In this document: positions 43,958 through 54,188 of the stretch, in pieces
Layout of the letters: each line of letters opens with the position of its first letter
Numbering within the stretch: position 1 is the first letter of the stretch
Assembly (NCBI GenBank): GCA_050916045.1
Contig: CP051526.1
Location: 2,752,001-2,816,000 of the forward strand
Length of the DNA: 64,000 bases
Direction of reading: 5' to 3'
Source of the DNA: Tepidisphaera sp.
GTDB taxonomy: Bacteria; Planctomycetota; Phycisphaerae; Phycisphaerales; UBA1924
Notes under the pieces: model-generated
Database searches by the model: none
What the model saw: only the letters and a program-made list of their open reading frames with translations
Told to the model about the DNA's origin: nothing
Made by a program: the position numbers and the translations under genes

Positions 43958-46900
43958 ATGCTGCTCGACAACAAGACGCACGGAAAGGTTGGCGACGTTC
44001 TCGAAAAGCACATGGGCAGCGGCTGCGCTGTCTCGATGCTCTCCCAGCAGTTCTCGCTGTTTGCCTTCGCGGCGCTACATCAGAAGCTCGCCAAGATCGC
44101 CTCGCTCAGGCTCCTTCTGTCTCCTGCGCTTCGAGCCGGTCAGGTTGACGCCTCGCAGATGGCCGACTTCCTTGGTCTCTTGGGGGATGCGGGTGACCGC
44201 AGACATCGGAACAGCCTCTCCGCACCGCTCTGGGCACGACGGTGTGCCGAATGGATAAATCGGTCGGCCCAGATCCGAGCCGTCTCCCTTCCGGCCCCTC
44301 AGGGTCTGTTTGTCGTGGACTCGGGCAGCGACCAGCGAATGGCGATCCAAGGCAGCTCGCAGTTCACATCCGCCGGCCTTGGCTATGCACCATCGCAGCG
44401 GTTCGAGATGAACTCCTGGTTCACAACCGAGTCCGAAACGACGGCTTTGCTGGAATGGTTCAACTCGATCTGGGACAACCAGAGCACCAGCACCGACGCC
44501 AAGAGCCGGGTTCTGGCGGCCCTTGCCGACATTTCCACCGCCCGTGCGGCGGAGGAGCTCTACTTCGCATCGCTGTTCCAGCTCTTCCGCGACACCCTTG
44601 GCGATCTGGACGAAGAGCGGATCATCAAGACCCAGACCGGCATCCGCGACACGCTCGTCTGGTCAAAGCTGTACCGCTTCCAGCGAGACGGCGTCCTTGG
44701 AGCCATCAGCAAGATCGAGAGGTACAACGGCTGCATCATCGCCGACAGTGTGGGCCTCGGAAAGACGTTCGAGGCGTTGGCCATCATCAAGTACTACGAG
44801 CTTCGCAACGACCGGGTGCTCGTTCTCGCACCGAAGCGCCTTCGCGAGAACTGGACGATCTACACCATCAACGACCGGCGAAACCTGTTCGCTGCGGACC
44901 GCTTCAACTTCGACGTGCTGAACCACACCGACTTAAGCCGCCAAGGCGGCCACTCCGGCGAAATCAATCTCGACACGATCAACTGGGGCAACTACGACCT
45001 TGTCGTCATCGACGAGTCGCACAACTTCCGCAACAACCCGCCGCGGAAGGACGGTCTCACCCGCTACTCCCGGCTCATGCGTGACATCATCCGCCAGGGT
45101 GTGAAGACGAAGGTGCTCATGCTGTCAGCGACGCCCGTCAATAGCCGGATGAATGACCTCAAGAACCAGGTCGCATTCATCACCGAAGGCCGTGACGACG
45201 CGCTCTACGGCGAGGGGATCTCCAGCATCGAAGCGACGCTCCGCAAGGCCCAGACGAAGTTCAACCAGTGGCTCCGCCTTGAGGGTGAACATCGCAACAC
45301 CAAGTCGCTTCTGGATGCCCTGAACTTCGACTACTTCAAGCTCCTGGACTTGCTCACCATCGCCCGTTCCCGCAAGCACATCACCAAGTACTACAGCAAC
45401 GCGGAGATCGGCGAGTTCCCGGTGCGGGCGAAGCCGATCAATATCAAGGCCGATATCGACACGAAAGACCAGTTCCCCGAACTCCGAGAGATCAACCGCG
45501 ACATTCGGCGTCTGAATCTCAGCGCTTACGCCCCGCTCAAGTACATCCTCCCCGAGAAGCTTGAGGAGTACAGCAAGCGGTATGACCGGGAGGTCAAGGG
45601 CGGCTCCGTCTTCAAGCAGATCGACCGCGAGCAGAGCCTCATCCACCTGATGCGGGTCAATCTCCTGAAGCGGATGGAGAGCTCGATCAACTCCTTCGGC
45701 ATGACGCTGGAGAAGCTCCTCAACGGCGTCCGGCTCTTCCTGGCCAAACTAGAGAACCACGAGAGCCGCGAGCTCGAAGAGATGAGCATCGAGGACATCG
45801 ACATTGAGAGCGAGGAACTCGATCCGTTCCTGCTGGGCACCAAGATCAAGGTGCTGATCCAAGATGTCGATCGCATCCGCTGGAAGCAGGAACTCAAGGA
45901 AGATGAAGATCTCTTGGTTGCCATGCTCCGCGAGGCTCGCCAGATCGACGCGAGCCGCGATGCCAAACTTCTGGAGTTGAAGAAGCTCATCGAGGGCAAG
46001 GTCACCACTCCGATCAACCCCGGCAACCGGAAGATCATCCTGTTCACGGCCTTCGCAGACACGGCCGAGTACCTTTACGCGAACGTCGCGGAGTGGGCCC
46101 GCACGAAGCTCGGCATCCACGCGGCCATCGTCACCGGGCGCAGCCAGAGCAACCGGACGACGCTCCCGGGCATCCGCAAGGACCTCGCGTCGATCATTAC
46201 GGCGTTCTCTCCGGTCTCGAAGGAGCGATCCAAGATCGACGAAGGAGCGACCGACGAGATCGACCTGCTCATCGCCACGGACTGCATCTCCGAAGGCCAA
46301 AACCTCCAGGACTGCGACTACCTGATCAACTACGACATCCACTGGAATCCGGTGCGGATCATCCAGCGATTCGGGCGCATCGATCGCCTCGGCTCAAAGA
46401 ACTCCGTTATCCAGTTGGTCAACTTCTGGCCGAACATGGAGCTTGACGAGTACATCAATCTCGAAGCCCGTGTCGCGGGCCGCATGGTGCTTCTCGATAT
46501 CTCCGCCACGGGCGAAGAGAACATCATCGAGGAAACCGAACGCGACCAGATGAACGACCTGGAGTACCGCCGCCGGCAGTTTGAGCAGCTCCAGAACGAA
46601 GTCGTGGACATCGAGGACCTCTCCAACGGAGTGTCCATCACGGACATGACGCTCAACGACTTCCGCATGGACCTCACGGCCCACCTGAAGGAGAACGCGG
46701 ACCGCTTGGAACGCCTGCCGCTGGGCATCTTCGCAGCGGCGTCCCTTGATGACCTTGTTGAAGACGACATCGCACCCGGTGCCGTCTTCTGCCTCCGCAG
46801 CGCCAACGCCAAGTTCCGCGGCGATCCCACGTACGCCCTTTCGCCGCACTATCTGGTTTACGTCTCCGACGACGGCAACGTCCGCTTGAACTTCACGAGC

Positions 46901-47227
46901 ACGCGCCAGATCCTGGACCTGCTCAAGAAGCTGGCCCTCGGCAGGTCGAGCGTCGATGAGGCCTCGCTTGCTGCCTTCAACACCCGCACCCGCGACGGTG
47001 CGGACATGACCCACTACCAAGGACTCCTCGCCAAGGGGGTCGCAGCCCTCACCGGCAAGGCCGAGGAGAAGGGCGTCGAGAGCCTCTTCCAGCGTGGCGG
47101 CACGGTGATCAGCAAGGAGGCCTTCCAGGGCATCGACGACTTTGAGGTCGTTGCCTACCTCGCCATCATGCCCGATGCCGGGCGTCGCAAGCCAGCGGCG
47201 GCCACGAACGGAGCCGCTATCGCATGA
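43958..47227 (+). CDS. SNF2-family helicase with degenerate PLD-like N-terminal domain
   Basis: ADSVGLGKT, VIDESHNFR, LSATP, SEGQNLQ, IQRFGRIDR. Confidence 0.88.
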   Translation: MLLDNKTHGKVGDVLEKHMGSGCAVSMLSQQFSLFAFAALHQKLAKIASLRLLLSPALRAGQVDASQMADFLGLLGDAGDRRHRNSLSAPLWARRCAEWINRSAQIRAVSLPAPQGLFVVDSGSDQRMAIQGSSQFTSAGLGYAPSQRFEMNSWFTTESETTALLEWFNSIWDNQSTSTDAKSRVLAALADISTARAAEELYFASLFQLFRDTLGDLDEERIIKTQTGIRDTLVWSKLYRFQRDGVLGAISKIERYNGCIIADSVGLGKTFEALAIIKYYELRNDRVLVLAPKRLRENWTIYTINDRRNLFAADRFNFDVLNHTDLSRQGGHSGEINLDTINWGNYDLVVIDESHNFRNNPPRKDGLTRYSRLMRDIIRQGVKTKVLMLSATPVNSRMNDLKNQVAFITEGRDDALYGEGISSIEATLRKAQTKFNQWLRLEGEHRNTKSLLDALNFDYFKLLDLLTIARSRKHITKYYSNAEIGEFPVRAKPINIKADIDTKDQFPELREINRDIRRLNLSAYAPLKYILPEKLEEYSKRYDREVKGGSVFKQIDREQSLIHLMRVNLLKRMESSINSFGMTLEKLLNGVRLFLAKLENHESRELEEMSIEDIDIESEELDPFLLGTKIKVLIQDVDRIRWKQELKEDEDLLVAMLREARQIDASRDAKLLELKKLIEGKVTTPINPGNRKIILFTAFADTAEYLYANVAEWARTKLGIHAAIVTGRSQSNRTTLPGIRKDLASIITAFSPVSKERSKIDEGATDEIDLLIATDCISEGQNLQDCDYLINYDIHWNPVRIIQRFGRIDRLGSKNSVIQLVNFWPNMELDEYINLEARVAGRMVLLDISATGEENIIEETERDQMNDLEYRRRQFEQLQNEVVDIEDLSNGVSITDMTLNDFRMDLTAHLKENADRLERLPLGIFAAASLDDLVEDDIAPGAVFCLRSANAKFRGDPTYALSPHYLVYVSDDGNVRLNFTSTRQILDLLKKLALGRSSVDEASLAAFNTRTRDGADMTHYQGLLAKGVAALTGKAEEKGVESLFQRGGTVISKEAFQGIDDFEVVAYLAIMPDAGRRKPAAATNGAAIA

Positions 47228-48021
47228 CCCAGCGTCTCTATGACAGCCTGGGTCTTCCCGACTCATGCCACCTCGGCAAGCGGGTGTTCAAGAAGCTGTT
47301 TGATGAGAACGCCGAGCTGACCGCCGGCGATCGGAAGGCCTTGGCCGACGACGTCGACACGATCACGTGGCAATACACGCTCAAGCCAAGCACGATTCAG
47401 ATCCCCGTCTTCGAGGATGCCGAGCGCGAGTACCACGAAGTCGCTGTGCTTGAGGTGGGGCTGAAGGGTCGAGCAAAGGCGGCACGACTTGCGGAAGTGA
47501 TCCATCGCGCCATCCCATACCCCGTCGTGCTCGTTCTGTTCGATCGCGTTGGCTTACCGACATCCGATGGGACCACGGCCCAAGCGGCTCAGCACGCGAT
47601 GCTCAGCCTTGCCACGAAGCGCCTCAGCCGAGCCGAGAAGAACGCCATCGTCGCCGACGAGTTCTTCAATACCGACTGGCTGGACCTTTCAGCACCGACA
47701 CCCGTGCAGAACGAGTTCCTGGCGAGTCTGTCGATCCGTGGCCTTCCGCACACCAACTTCCTCGACTTTTACACCTCGATGATCGACCGGGTGCTGGCTC
47801 TCCAGGCGTCGCGCCTGTCGGGGCGGTTCGGAGTTGTGGCCGCGGCTGAGGAAAGGGAGGCACGCCGTCGCCGACTCGCGGAGTGCCGGTCGATGGAACT
47901 CCAGATTGCCGAGCTGCGGGCGGCGGTCAAGACCGAAACCCACTTCAACCGCCAGGTCGAACTGAACACGAAGATCAAGGCTCTCCAGAAACGACTCGAA
48001 GGCGAGGTTGCGGGGCTTTGA
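47224..48021 (+). CDS. DUF4391-like protein
   Basis: IHRAIPYP, C-terminal E..FNRQVELN coiled coil; between SNF2 helicase and Mod. Confidence 0.78.
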   Translation: MTQRLYDSLGLPDSCHLGKRVFKKLFDENAELTAGDRKALADDVDTITWQYTLKPSTIQIPVFEDAEREYHEVAVLEVGLKGRAKAARLAEVIHRAIPYPVVLVLFDRVGLPTSDGTTAQAAQHAMLSLATKRLSRAEKNAIVADEFFNTDWLDLSAPTPVQNEFLASLSIRGLPHTNFLDFYTSMIDRVLALQASRLSGRFGVVAAAEEREARRRRLAECRSMELQIAELRAAVKTETHFNRQVELNTKIKALQKRLEGEVAGL

Positions 48022-48042
48022 GCCCGTTAGGATTTGATTCTC

Positions 48043-50196
48043 ATGCCACGAAAGAAGCGACAACCTGCGAGAAAGACGCCCAAGGCGGCGAAGCCGCCAA
48101 CGCGCAAGAAGACGCCGCTCCAGCCCCGCGCCACGAAGCAGACGCCAAGCTCCAAGAGGTCCGCAGCCGCAGCAAAGACCAAGCGCCCAGCCAAGACCGT
48201 CGCCAAGCCAACCGCTAGCTCAAACAAGACACGATCCAACACCGCCACGCCACCGACCAGCAATCGCAGATTCCAGACGAGGAAGCCGATGAACCCCAGC
48301 AACCCCATCAAGCAGCCTGACGCCCAGACCGAAGGCTCCTCGGTCAACATCGTCGATCAGAATATCGCCACGCTGCGACAACTCTTCCCAGAGGCGTTTA
48401 CGGAGAGCTCCAAGGAAGATGGCCCTCGTTTTAAGGTAGACATCGAGGTGCTCAAACAGCTTCTCGGCGGATACACCGAGGATGAGCCAGAGAGGTACTC
48501 CTTCACATGGAGTGGAAAGGCGCGTGCACGGCGAATCGCGCAGACTCCATCTTCCGGTACGTTGCGTCCATCTGAAGACGACTCACTCCAATGGGAGTCG
48601 ACTCAGCACCTGTTTGTCGAAGGCGACAACCTGGAGGTCCTCAAGCTCCTTCAGAAAGCCTATCACCGTCAGGTGCGGATGATCTACATCGATCCGCCTT
48701 ACAACACGGGCCGAGAGTTCATCTACCCTGATAACTACAAGGACAATCTCGACACCTACTTGAGATACACAGGACAGGTCAACGACGACGGATTCAAAGT
48801 GTCGGCGAACAGTGAGACGTCTGGTCGCTACCACACTAACTGGCTCAACATGATGTATCCGAGACTGAAGCTGGCCAAGAACCTGCTTCGTGATGATGGC
48901 CTGCTCTTTGTGACCATCGATGACGTAGAAGTCTCGCACCTGAAGCAGCTCTGCAATGAAGTGTTCGGGGAAGAGAACTTTGTGTCGTGTGTGGTGTGGC
49001 ACAAAAAGCGAGGCAAGGACAACTCGGCTCAGTTCTTTAGCAAGGTGCACGACTACATCTTGTGCTACGCCAAGTCGATTGGAAATCTCACGCTCAATCG
49101 ACTGGAACTTGACGAAGACACGAAGAAGGCTTACCGCAATCCTGACGGGGACGCCCGTGGTGTCTATCGCACTCTTGGGCTTTGGTCGCGGGGCGGTCAG
49201 GGTGGCTCTCGATTTGAGTTTACGACAAAGGAGGGGCAGTTCTTCGCGGAGCGTGAGTGGCTGGTCGGTCCCGATACGATGCGTACGTATGACCAGGAGA
49301 ACCGCCTTATCGCCGTCGGGGACAAGCTGTACCGCAAGCTGTTTATCACGGAAAACGAAGGGGCGATTCCAGAGACTATTTGGCTTGATGCGTCCAACAA
49401 CGCAAACGCCGCCGACGAGCTCAAGGTGCTCTTTGGTGATCCGCCACCGTTTGATACGCCCAAGCCTCTGCCGCTGATTCAGAAGATGATCCGGCTCGGC
49501 ACGGTGTCTGACAGCATTGTCATGGATTTCTTCGCGGGCTCCGGCACGACGGGGCACGCGGTTCTCGCTGAGAACGCCATTGACGGTGGCACGCGAAGGT
49601 ACATCCTTGTCCAACTCCCCGAGCCTCTGGACCCGACTGACAAATCCCAGAAGGTGGCCGCCGACTTCTGCGATTCACTGGGCAAGCCGCGGACCGTCGC
49701 TGAGCTCACCAAGGAACGTTTGCGACGTGCTGCCGCATCGATTCGGAAGGAGAGCCCAATGTTTGCGGGAGACTTGGGATTCAGGGCATTCAAGTTGGAC
49801 AGCAGCAACGTCAAGCCTTGGGATGCTGATTTCGACACGCTCGAACAGGCGGTCTACGACGCCGTGGAGAACGTCAAGCCAGACCGCTCCGAGCAGGACG
49901 TGCTCTACGAGCTCCTCCTGAAGTTTGGGCTCGACCTCTGCGTACCCATAGAGGAGCGGAAGATCGCTGGCAAAACGGTCTTCAGCGTCGGGGCTGGCGC
50001 GTTGATGGTCTGCCTGGACAAGAAGATCACGCTCGACGTGGTGGAGGGCATTGCCAAGCTGAAAGACGAGCTCAAGCCCGAGATCATGCGTGTCGTCTTC
50101 CGCGATTCCGGGTTCAAGGACGACGTGGTGAAAACCAACGCCGTCCAGATCCTGAAGCAGGTCGGCCTGAGCGATGAACACATCCGCAGCATCTGA
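48043..50196 (+). CDS. mod: Type III R-M methyltransferase subunit (alternative start 48289)
   Basis: EGDNLEVLK, IYIDPPYNTG, WLNMMYPRL, FDTPKP, DFFAGSGTT; adjacent to Res. Confidence 0.92.
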   Translation: MPRKKRQPARKTPKAAKPPTRKKTPLQPRATKQTPSSKRSAAAAKTKRPAKTVAKPTASSNKTRSNTATPPTSNRRFQTRKPMNPSNPIKQPDAQTEGSSVNIVDQNIATLRQLFPEAFTESSKEDGPRFKVDIEVLKQLLGGYTEDEPERYSFTWSGKARARRIAQTPSSGTLRPSEDDSLQWESTQHLFVEGDNLEVLKLLQKAYHRQVRMIYIDPPYNTGREFIYPDNYKDNLDTYLRYTGQVNDDGFKVSANSETSGRYHTNWLNMMYPRLKLAKNLLRDDGLLFVTIDDVEVSHLKQLCNEVFGEENFVSCVVWHKKRGKDNSAQFFSKVHDYILCYAKSIGNLTLNRLELDEDTKKAYRNPDGDARGVYRTLGLWSRGGQGGSRFEFTTKEGQFFAEREWLVGPDTMRTYDQENRLIAVGDKLYRKLFITENEGAIPETIWLDASNNANAADELKVLFGDPPPFDTPKPLPLIQKMIRLGTVSDSIVMDFFAGSGTTGHAVLAENAIDGGTRRYILVQLPEPLDPTDKSQKVAADFCDSLGKPRTVAELTKERLRRAAASIRKESPMFAGDLGFRAFKLDSSNVKPWDADFDTLEQAVYDAVENVKPDRSEQDVLYELLLKFGLDLCVPIEERKIAGKTVFSVGAGALMVCLDKKITLDVVEGIAKLKDELKPEIMRVVFRDSGFKDDVVKTNAVQILKQVGLSDEHIRSI

Positions 50197-50207
50197 GGAA
50201 CCCGACC

Positions 50208-53200
50208 ATGAAGATCAAGTTCAACTCAGAGCTCGGATATCAACAGCACGCTACAAGCGCCATCGTGGACGTGTTCCAGGGGCAGGAGGTCTGCCAGACC
50301 AACTTCACCGTGGCTCCGCTCAAGGCCGAGACGGCGGAGATGGCCGCACTTTTTGAGGCGGCTGGTCACGGCCACGTCGATCCCGGTGTGGGCAACCGAC
50401 TGAAGCTGTTGGATGAAGACATCCTGGCCAACGTCCGCAAGATTCAGCTCCGCAATGGACTTCCGCCGTCCGAAACGCTGGGGCCTCCCGGCCGCCCCCG
50501 GCTCGACTTCACGGTGGAGATGGAGACCGGCACGGGCAAGACGTATGTCTACCTGCGCACGATCTTCGAGCTGTATCAGAAGTACGGCTTCTCCAAGTTC
50601 ATCATCGTTGTGCCATCCATCGCCATCAAGGAGGGCGCGTTCAAGTCCCTCCAGATGACCCGAGAGCACTTCAAGGGGCTCTACGACAACGTCCGGTTCG
50701 ACTACTTTGTTTACGATTCGACGGATTTGTCGCAGGTCCGAGGCTTCGCTACCAGCGACTACATCCAGATCATGGTGATCAACATCGACGCCTTCCGCAA
50801 GAGCTTCGATGATCCGGACAAAGAGGACAAGGCGAACATCATCCACCGGCCGCACGACCGGATGACGGGCAGTCGGCCCATCGAGTTCATCCAGGCGACC
50901 AATCCGATCGTCATCATCGACGAGCCGCAGAGCGTTGACACGACGCCCAAGAGCCAGAAGGCGATCCAGTCGCTCAACCCGCTCTGCACCTTGCGCTATT
51001 CCGCGACCCACGTGGACAAGCACCACATGCTCTACAAGCTCGACTCGGTCGATGCCTTCGAGCAGAAGCTGGTGAAGCAGATCGAGGTGGCCGGCATCAC
51101 CATCAAAGACAGCCACAACAAGGCGTACATCGGGCTTCTGAAGGTGGACAACCGGAGGAGCCCGATCACGGCCCAGGTCGAGATCGATGCTTCGGATCGG
51201 GCCGGCGTGGTGTCGCGGCAGAAGAAGACAGTCAAGAAGGGCGACGACCTTCTGGAGGTGTCCGGAGGCCGCAACGTCTACGAAGGCTACATCGTTGACG
51301 ACATCTACTGCGAGAAGGGCAACGAGTACATCAGCTTCACGAGCAAGGACGACGTGGTCCGGCTGAACCAGGCGGTTGGCGGAGCCGACGAGTCGGACTA
51401 CAAGCGCCTCCAGATTCGCAAGACGATCGAGAAGCACTTGGACAAAGAGATGCAGCTCCGGCCGCGGGGCATCAAGGTGCTCAGCCTGTTCTTCATCGAC
51501 AAGGTGTCCAACTACCGGTCCTACGACACCAACGGCAATCGCGTGAAGGGGACCTACGCGACCATCTTCGAGGAGGAATACACGCGAGCGGCACGGCTGC
51601 CGAAGTACCGGATTCTGTTCGAGGGTGCCGACCTGGAGTCCACCGCCGCGGAAGTCCACAACGGCTACTTCGCCATCGACAAGGCCAAGAAGGACTCGGG
51701 CGGCGAAGAGCAGTTCAAGGAATCCCGTGGCGAGGGCAAGACCGTCGCGGATGAGAGCGCGTACCAGCTCATCATGAAGGACAAGGAGAAGCTCCTCAGC
51801 TTCGACTCCAAGCTCAAGTTCATCTTCTCGCACTCCGCTCTGCGCGAGGGATGGGACAATCCGAATGTCTTCCAGATTTGCACGCTCAACGAGACTGCTT
51901 CGACCATCAAGAAGCGACAAGAGATCGGGCGAGGCCTCCGTATCGCCGTGAATCAGGACGGCGACCGGGTGTACGGCTTCGACGTGAACACGCTCACGGT
52001 CATGGCCAACGAGGCGTATGAGGAGTTTGCCAAGACGCTCCAGAAGGAAATCGAGGAGGATGAGGGCATCCGCTTCGGGGTCGTGGAGAGGAACCTGTTC
52101 GCTGGCGTCGTGCTGGACATTACCGGCGAAAAGATCGAGCACCTTGGAACGGAGAAGTCGGAGGTGCTGGTCGAGCACTTCACACAGAAGGGGTACATCG
52201 ACAACCGGGGCCGCATCCAGGACTCGCTCCGCCGCGACCTTGCCAAGGGAGAAGTGGACATACCGACCGCGTTCGCCCCGCAGGCGGAGCAGATCGTGTC
52301 GTTGCTCCGAAAGGTCGCGGGCAAGCTGAATCTCCGTGACGCCGACAAGGCCGAGCGGGTCAAGCTCAACAAGGCCGTGTATCTGGACGAGCGATTCAAG
52401 CTGCTCTGGGACCGCATCAAGTACCGCACGACTTTCCGCGTGCAGTTCGATGCCGACGCCCTGATTCGCAAGTGCGCGAAGGAAATCAAGAACCGTCTGG
52501 TCGTCGGCAAGGCGCGCTTTGTCTTCCGGACGGGCAAGCTGGCCCTCGATCGCGGCGGCGTTCAGACCGAGGAAGGTGCGGAGAGCACGCACGTCTACGA
52601 CGCACGGGACTTCGCGATCCCGGACCTCGTGTCGCACCTTCAGAATGAGACCCACCTCACCCGACGCTCCATCGTCGAGATTCTCCGCCAAAGCGAGAGG
52701 TTGCCCGACTTCAAGAACAACCCGCAGAAGTTCGTGGAGCAGGTAGTTGCGATCGTGAGGGACGAGATGCGTCTCTTCATCGTTGATGGCATCAAGTACC
52801 AGAAGATCGGGGATGAGCAGTTCTACGCCCAGGAGCTCTTCGAGAGTGAGGAGCTCACCGGCTACCTCGGCCAGAACATGCTCGCAAGCAAGAAGTCGGT
52901 GTACGAGCACGTGGTCTATGACCAGGGCGTCGAGGAGGAGTTCGCCAAGCGATTCGAGAAGGCCGAAGAGGTAAAGCTGTACGCCAAGCTGCCTTCGTGG
53001 TTCAAGATCGAAACCCCGCTGGGTACATACAACCCCGACTGGGCTGTGGTTGTTGAGGTGGATGGACGCGAGCGCCTGTACCTCGTAGTCGAGACCAAGG
53101 GCAGCCTCTTCGCCGCCGACTTACGGGCCAAGGAGCAGGCGAAGATCAACTGCGGCCGCGAGCACTTCAAAGCCATCGAGCCGGGAGCACGGTTCACCGT

Positions 53201-53243
53201 GGCCAACAGCTACGAGTCGTTTGCGGAAGAGATCACGAAGTGA
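50208..53243 (+). CDS. res: Type III R-M restriction subunit
   Basis: EMETGTGKT, IIDEPQ, YSAT, LREGWDNPN, QEIGRGLR; nuclease YNPDW...VETKG. Confidence 0.93.
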   Translation: MKIKFNSELGYQQHATSAIVDVFQGQEVCQTNFTVAPLKAETAEMAALFEAAGHGHVDPGVGNRLKLLDEDILANVRKIQLRNGLPPSETLGPPGRPRLDFTVEMETGTGKTYVYLRTIFELYQKYGFSKFIIVVPSIAIKEGAFKSLQMTREHFKGLYDNVRFDYFVYDSTDLSQVRGFATSDYIQIMVINIDAFRKSFDDPDKEDKANIIHRPHDRMTGSRPIEFIQATNPIVIIDEPQSVDTTPKSQKAIQSLNPLCTLRYSATHVDKHHMLYKLDSVDAFEQKLVKQIEVAGITIKDSHNKAYIGLLKVDNRRSPITAQVEIDASDRAGVVSRQKKTVKKGDDLLEVSGGRNVYEGYIVDDIYCEKGNEYISFTSKDDVVRLNQAVGGADESDYKRLQIRKTIEKHLDKEMQLRPRGIKVLSLFFIDKVSNYRSYDTNGNRVKGTYATIFEEEYTRAARLPKYRILFEGADLESTAAEVHNGYFAIDKAKKDSGGEEQFKESRGEGKTVADESAYQLIMKDKEKLLSFDSKLKFIFSHSALREGWDNPNVFQICTLNETASTIKKRQEIGRGLRIAVNQDGDRVYGFDVNTLTVMANEAYEEFAKTLQKEIEEDEGIRFGVVERNLFAGVVLDITGEKIEHLGTEKSEVLVEHFTQKGYIDNRGRIQDSLRRDLAKGEVDIPTAFAPQAEQIVSLLRKVAGKLNLRDADKAERVKLNKAVYLDERFKLLWDRIKYRTTFRVQFDADALIRKCAKEIKNRLVVGKARFVFRTGKLALDRGGVQTEEGAESTHVYDARDFAIPDLVSHLQNETHLTRRSIVEILRQSERLPDFKNNPQKFVEQVVAIVRDEMRLFIVDGIKYQKIGDEQFYAQELFESEELTGYLGQNMLASKKSVYEHVVYDQGVEEEFAKRFEKAEEVKLYAKLPSWFKIETPLGTYNPDWAVVVEVDGRERLYLVVETKGSLFAADLRAKEQAKINCGREHFKAIEPGARFTVANSYESFAEEITK

Positions 53244-53274
53244 CGCGCCCACTCTTGGCGACTGGAAGTGACCA

Positions 53275-54132
53275 ATGAAGCCGATCGGCAAGACCATTCA
53301 GATCTACTGCCCCAACGGTGAGCCGCGCGGCGTTCGCATCGCGGAGATCACCACCCGCATCGTTCAAGCGGTTGTGGTTCCGCGGGCGAAGCTCGATGAA
53401 GCGCTGGCACGCCCTGAACTGAGCGGCGTCGGCCTGTACTTCTTGTTCGGCGAGTCGGATGCTGGAGGACTGCCGATGGCCTATGTCGGCGAGGCAGAGG
53501 ATTGCGGCGTGCGCTTCAAGCATCACAACACAACCAAGGACTTCTGGAACATCGGCGTCGCACTCGTTTCCCGGACTGGCAGCTTCACCAAGGCGCACGG
53601 GAAGCTGCTGGAGTGGATCTCGATCGATCGGGCCAAGCGATCCGGGCGGTACGACCTGGAGAATGGGAACGGGGGCAGCGAGCCCAATGTGCCCGAGTGG
53701 ATGCGGTCCGATGTCGCGGAGGTGTTTGAGACGGCGGAGGTGCTGCTGAGCACACTGGGCTTCCCGATCTTCGAGCCCGCCGTGAGCAAGGCGACGGAAG
53801 AACGGGACGTGTTCTACTGCAAACGGGGCGGCGCGGACGCTCGCGGCGTATACAACGAAGAAGGCTTCGTGGTGCTGAAGGGCTCTTTGGCGAGACGCGA
53901 TACAGCACTGTCGTCGCACGACACTGTTGAGCCGCGGCGAGAGGAGCTCGTTGGCTCCGGTGTGCTGAGCACGGCCAAGGGTGGGTACAAGTTCGAACGT
54001 GACTGGGTGTTCGCCACGCCGAGCGCCGCCGCGGCGATCGTGAGCGGGGGCGCAGCAAACGGATGGATCGAGTGGAAGAACGGCAAGGGCCAGACGCTGG
54101 ACGAGGTGTATCGGAAGGCGGTAAAGACCTGA
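53275..54132 (+). CDS. GIY-YIG-like nuclease with DUF4357 C-terminal domain
   Basis: GLYFL...AYVGE...RF..H; C-terminal GFVVLKGS, FATPSAAA, NGWIEWK. Confidence 0.82.
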   Translation: MKPIGKTIQIYCPNGEPRGVRIAEITTRIVQAVVVPRAKLDEALARPELSGVGLYFLFGESDAGGLPMAYVGEAEDCGVRFKHHNTTKDFWNIGVALVSRTGSFTKAHGKLLEWISIDRAKRSGRYDLENGNGGSEPNVPEWMRSDVAEVFETAEVLLSTLGFPIFEPAVSKATEERDVFYCKRGGADARGVYNEEGFVVLKGSLARRDTALSSHDTVEPRREELVGSGVLSTAKGGYKFERDWVFATPSAAAAIVSGGAANGWIEWKNGKGQTLDEVYRKAVKT

Positions 54133-54188
54133 TTCAAGGTCCGCCAGTCAGGTACTCGTACCGGACGGCGACATTGGGAACATCGCGG

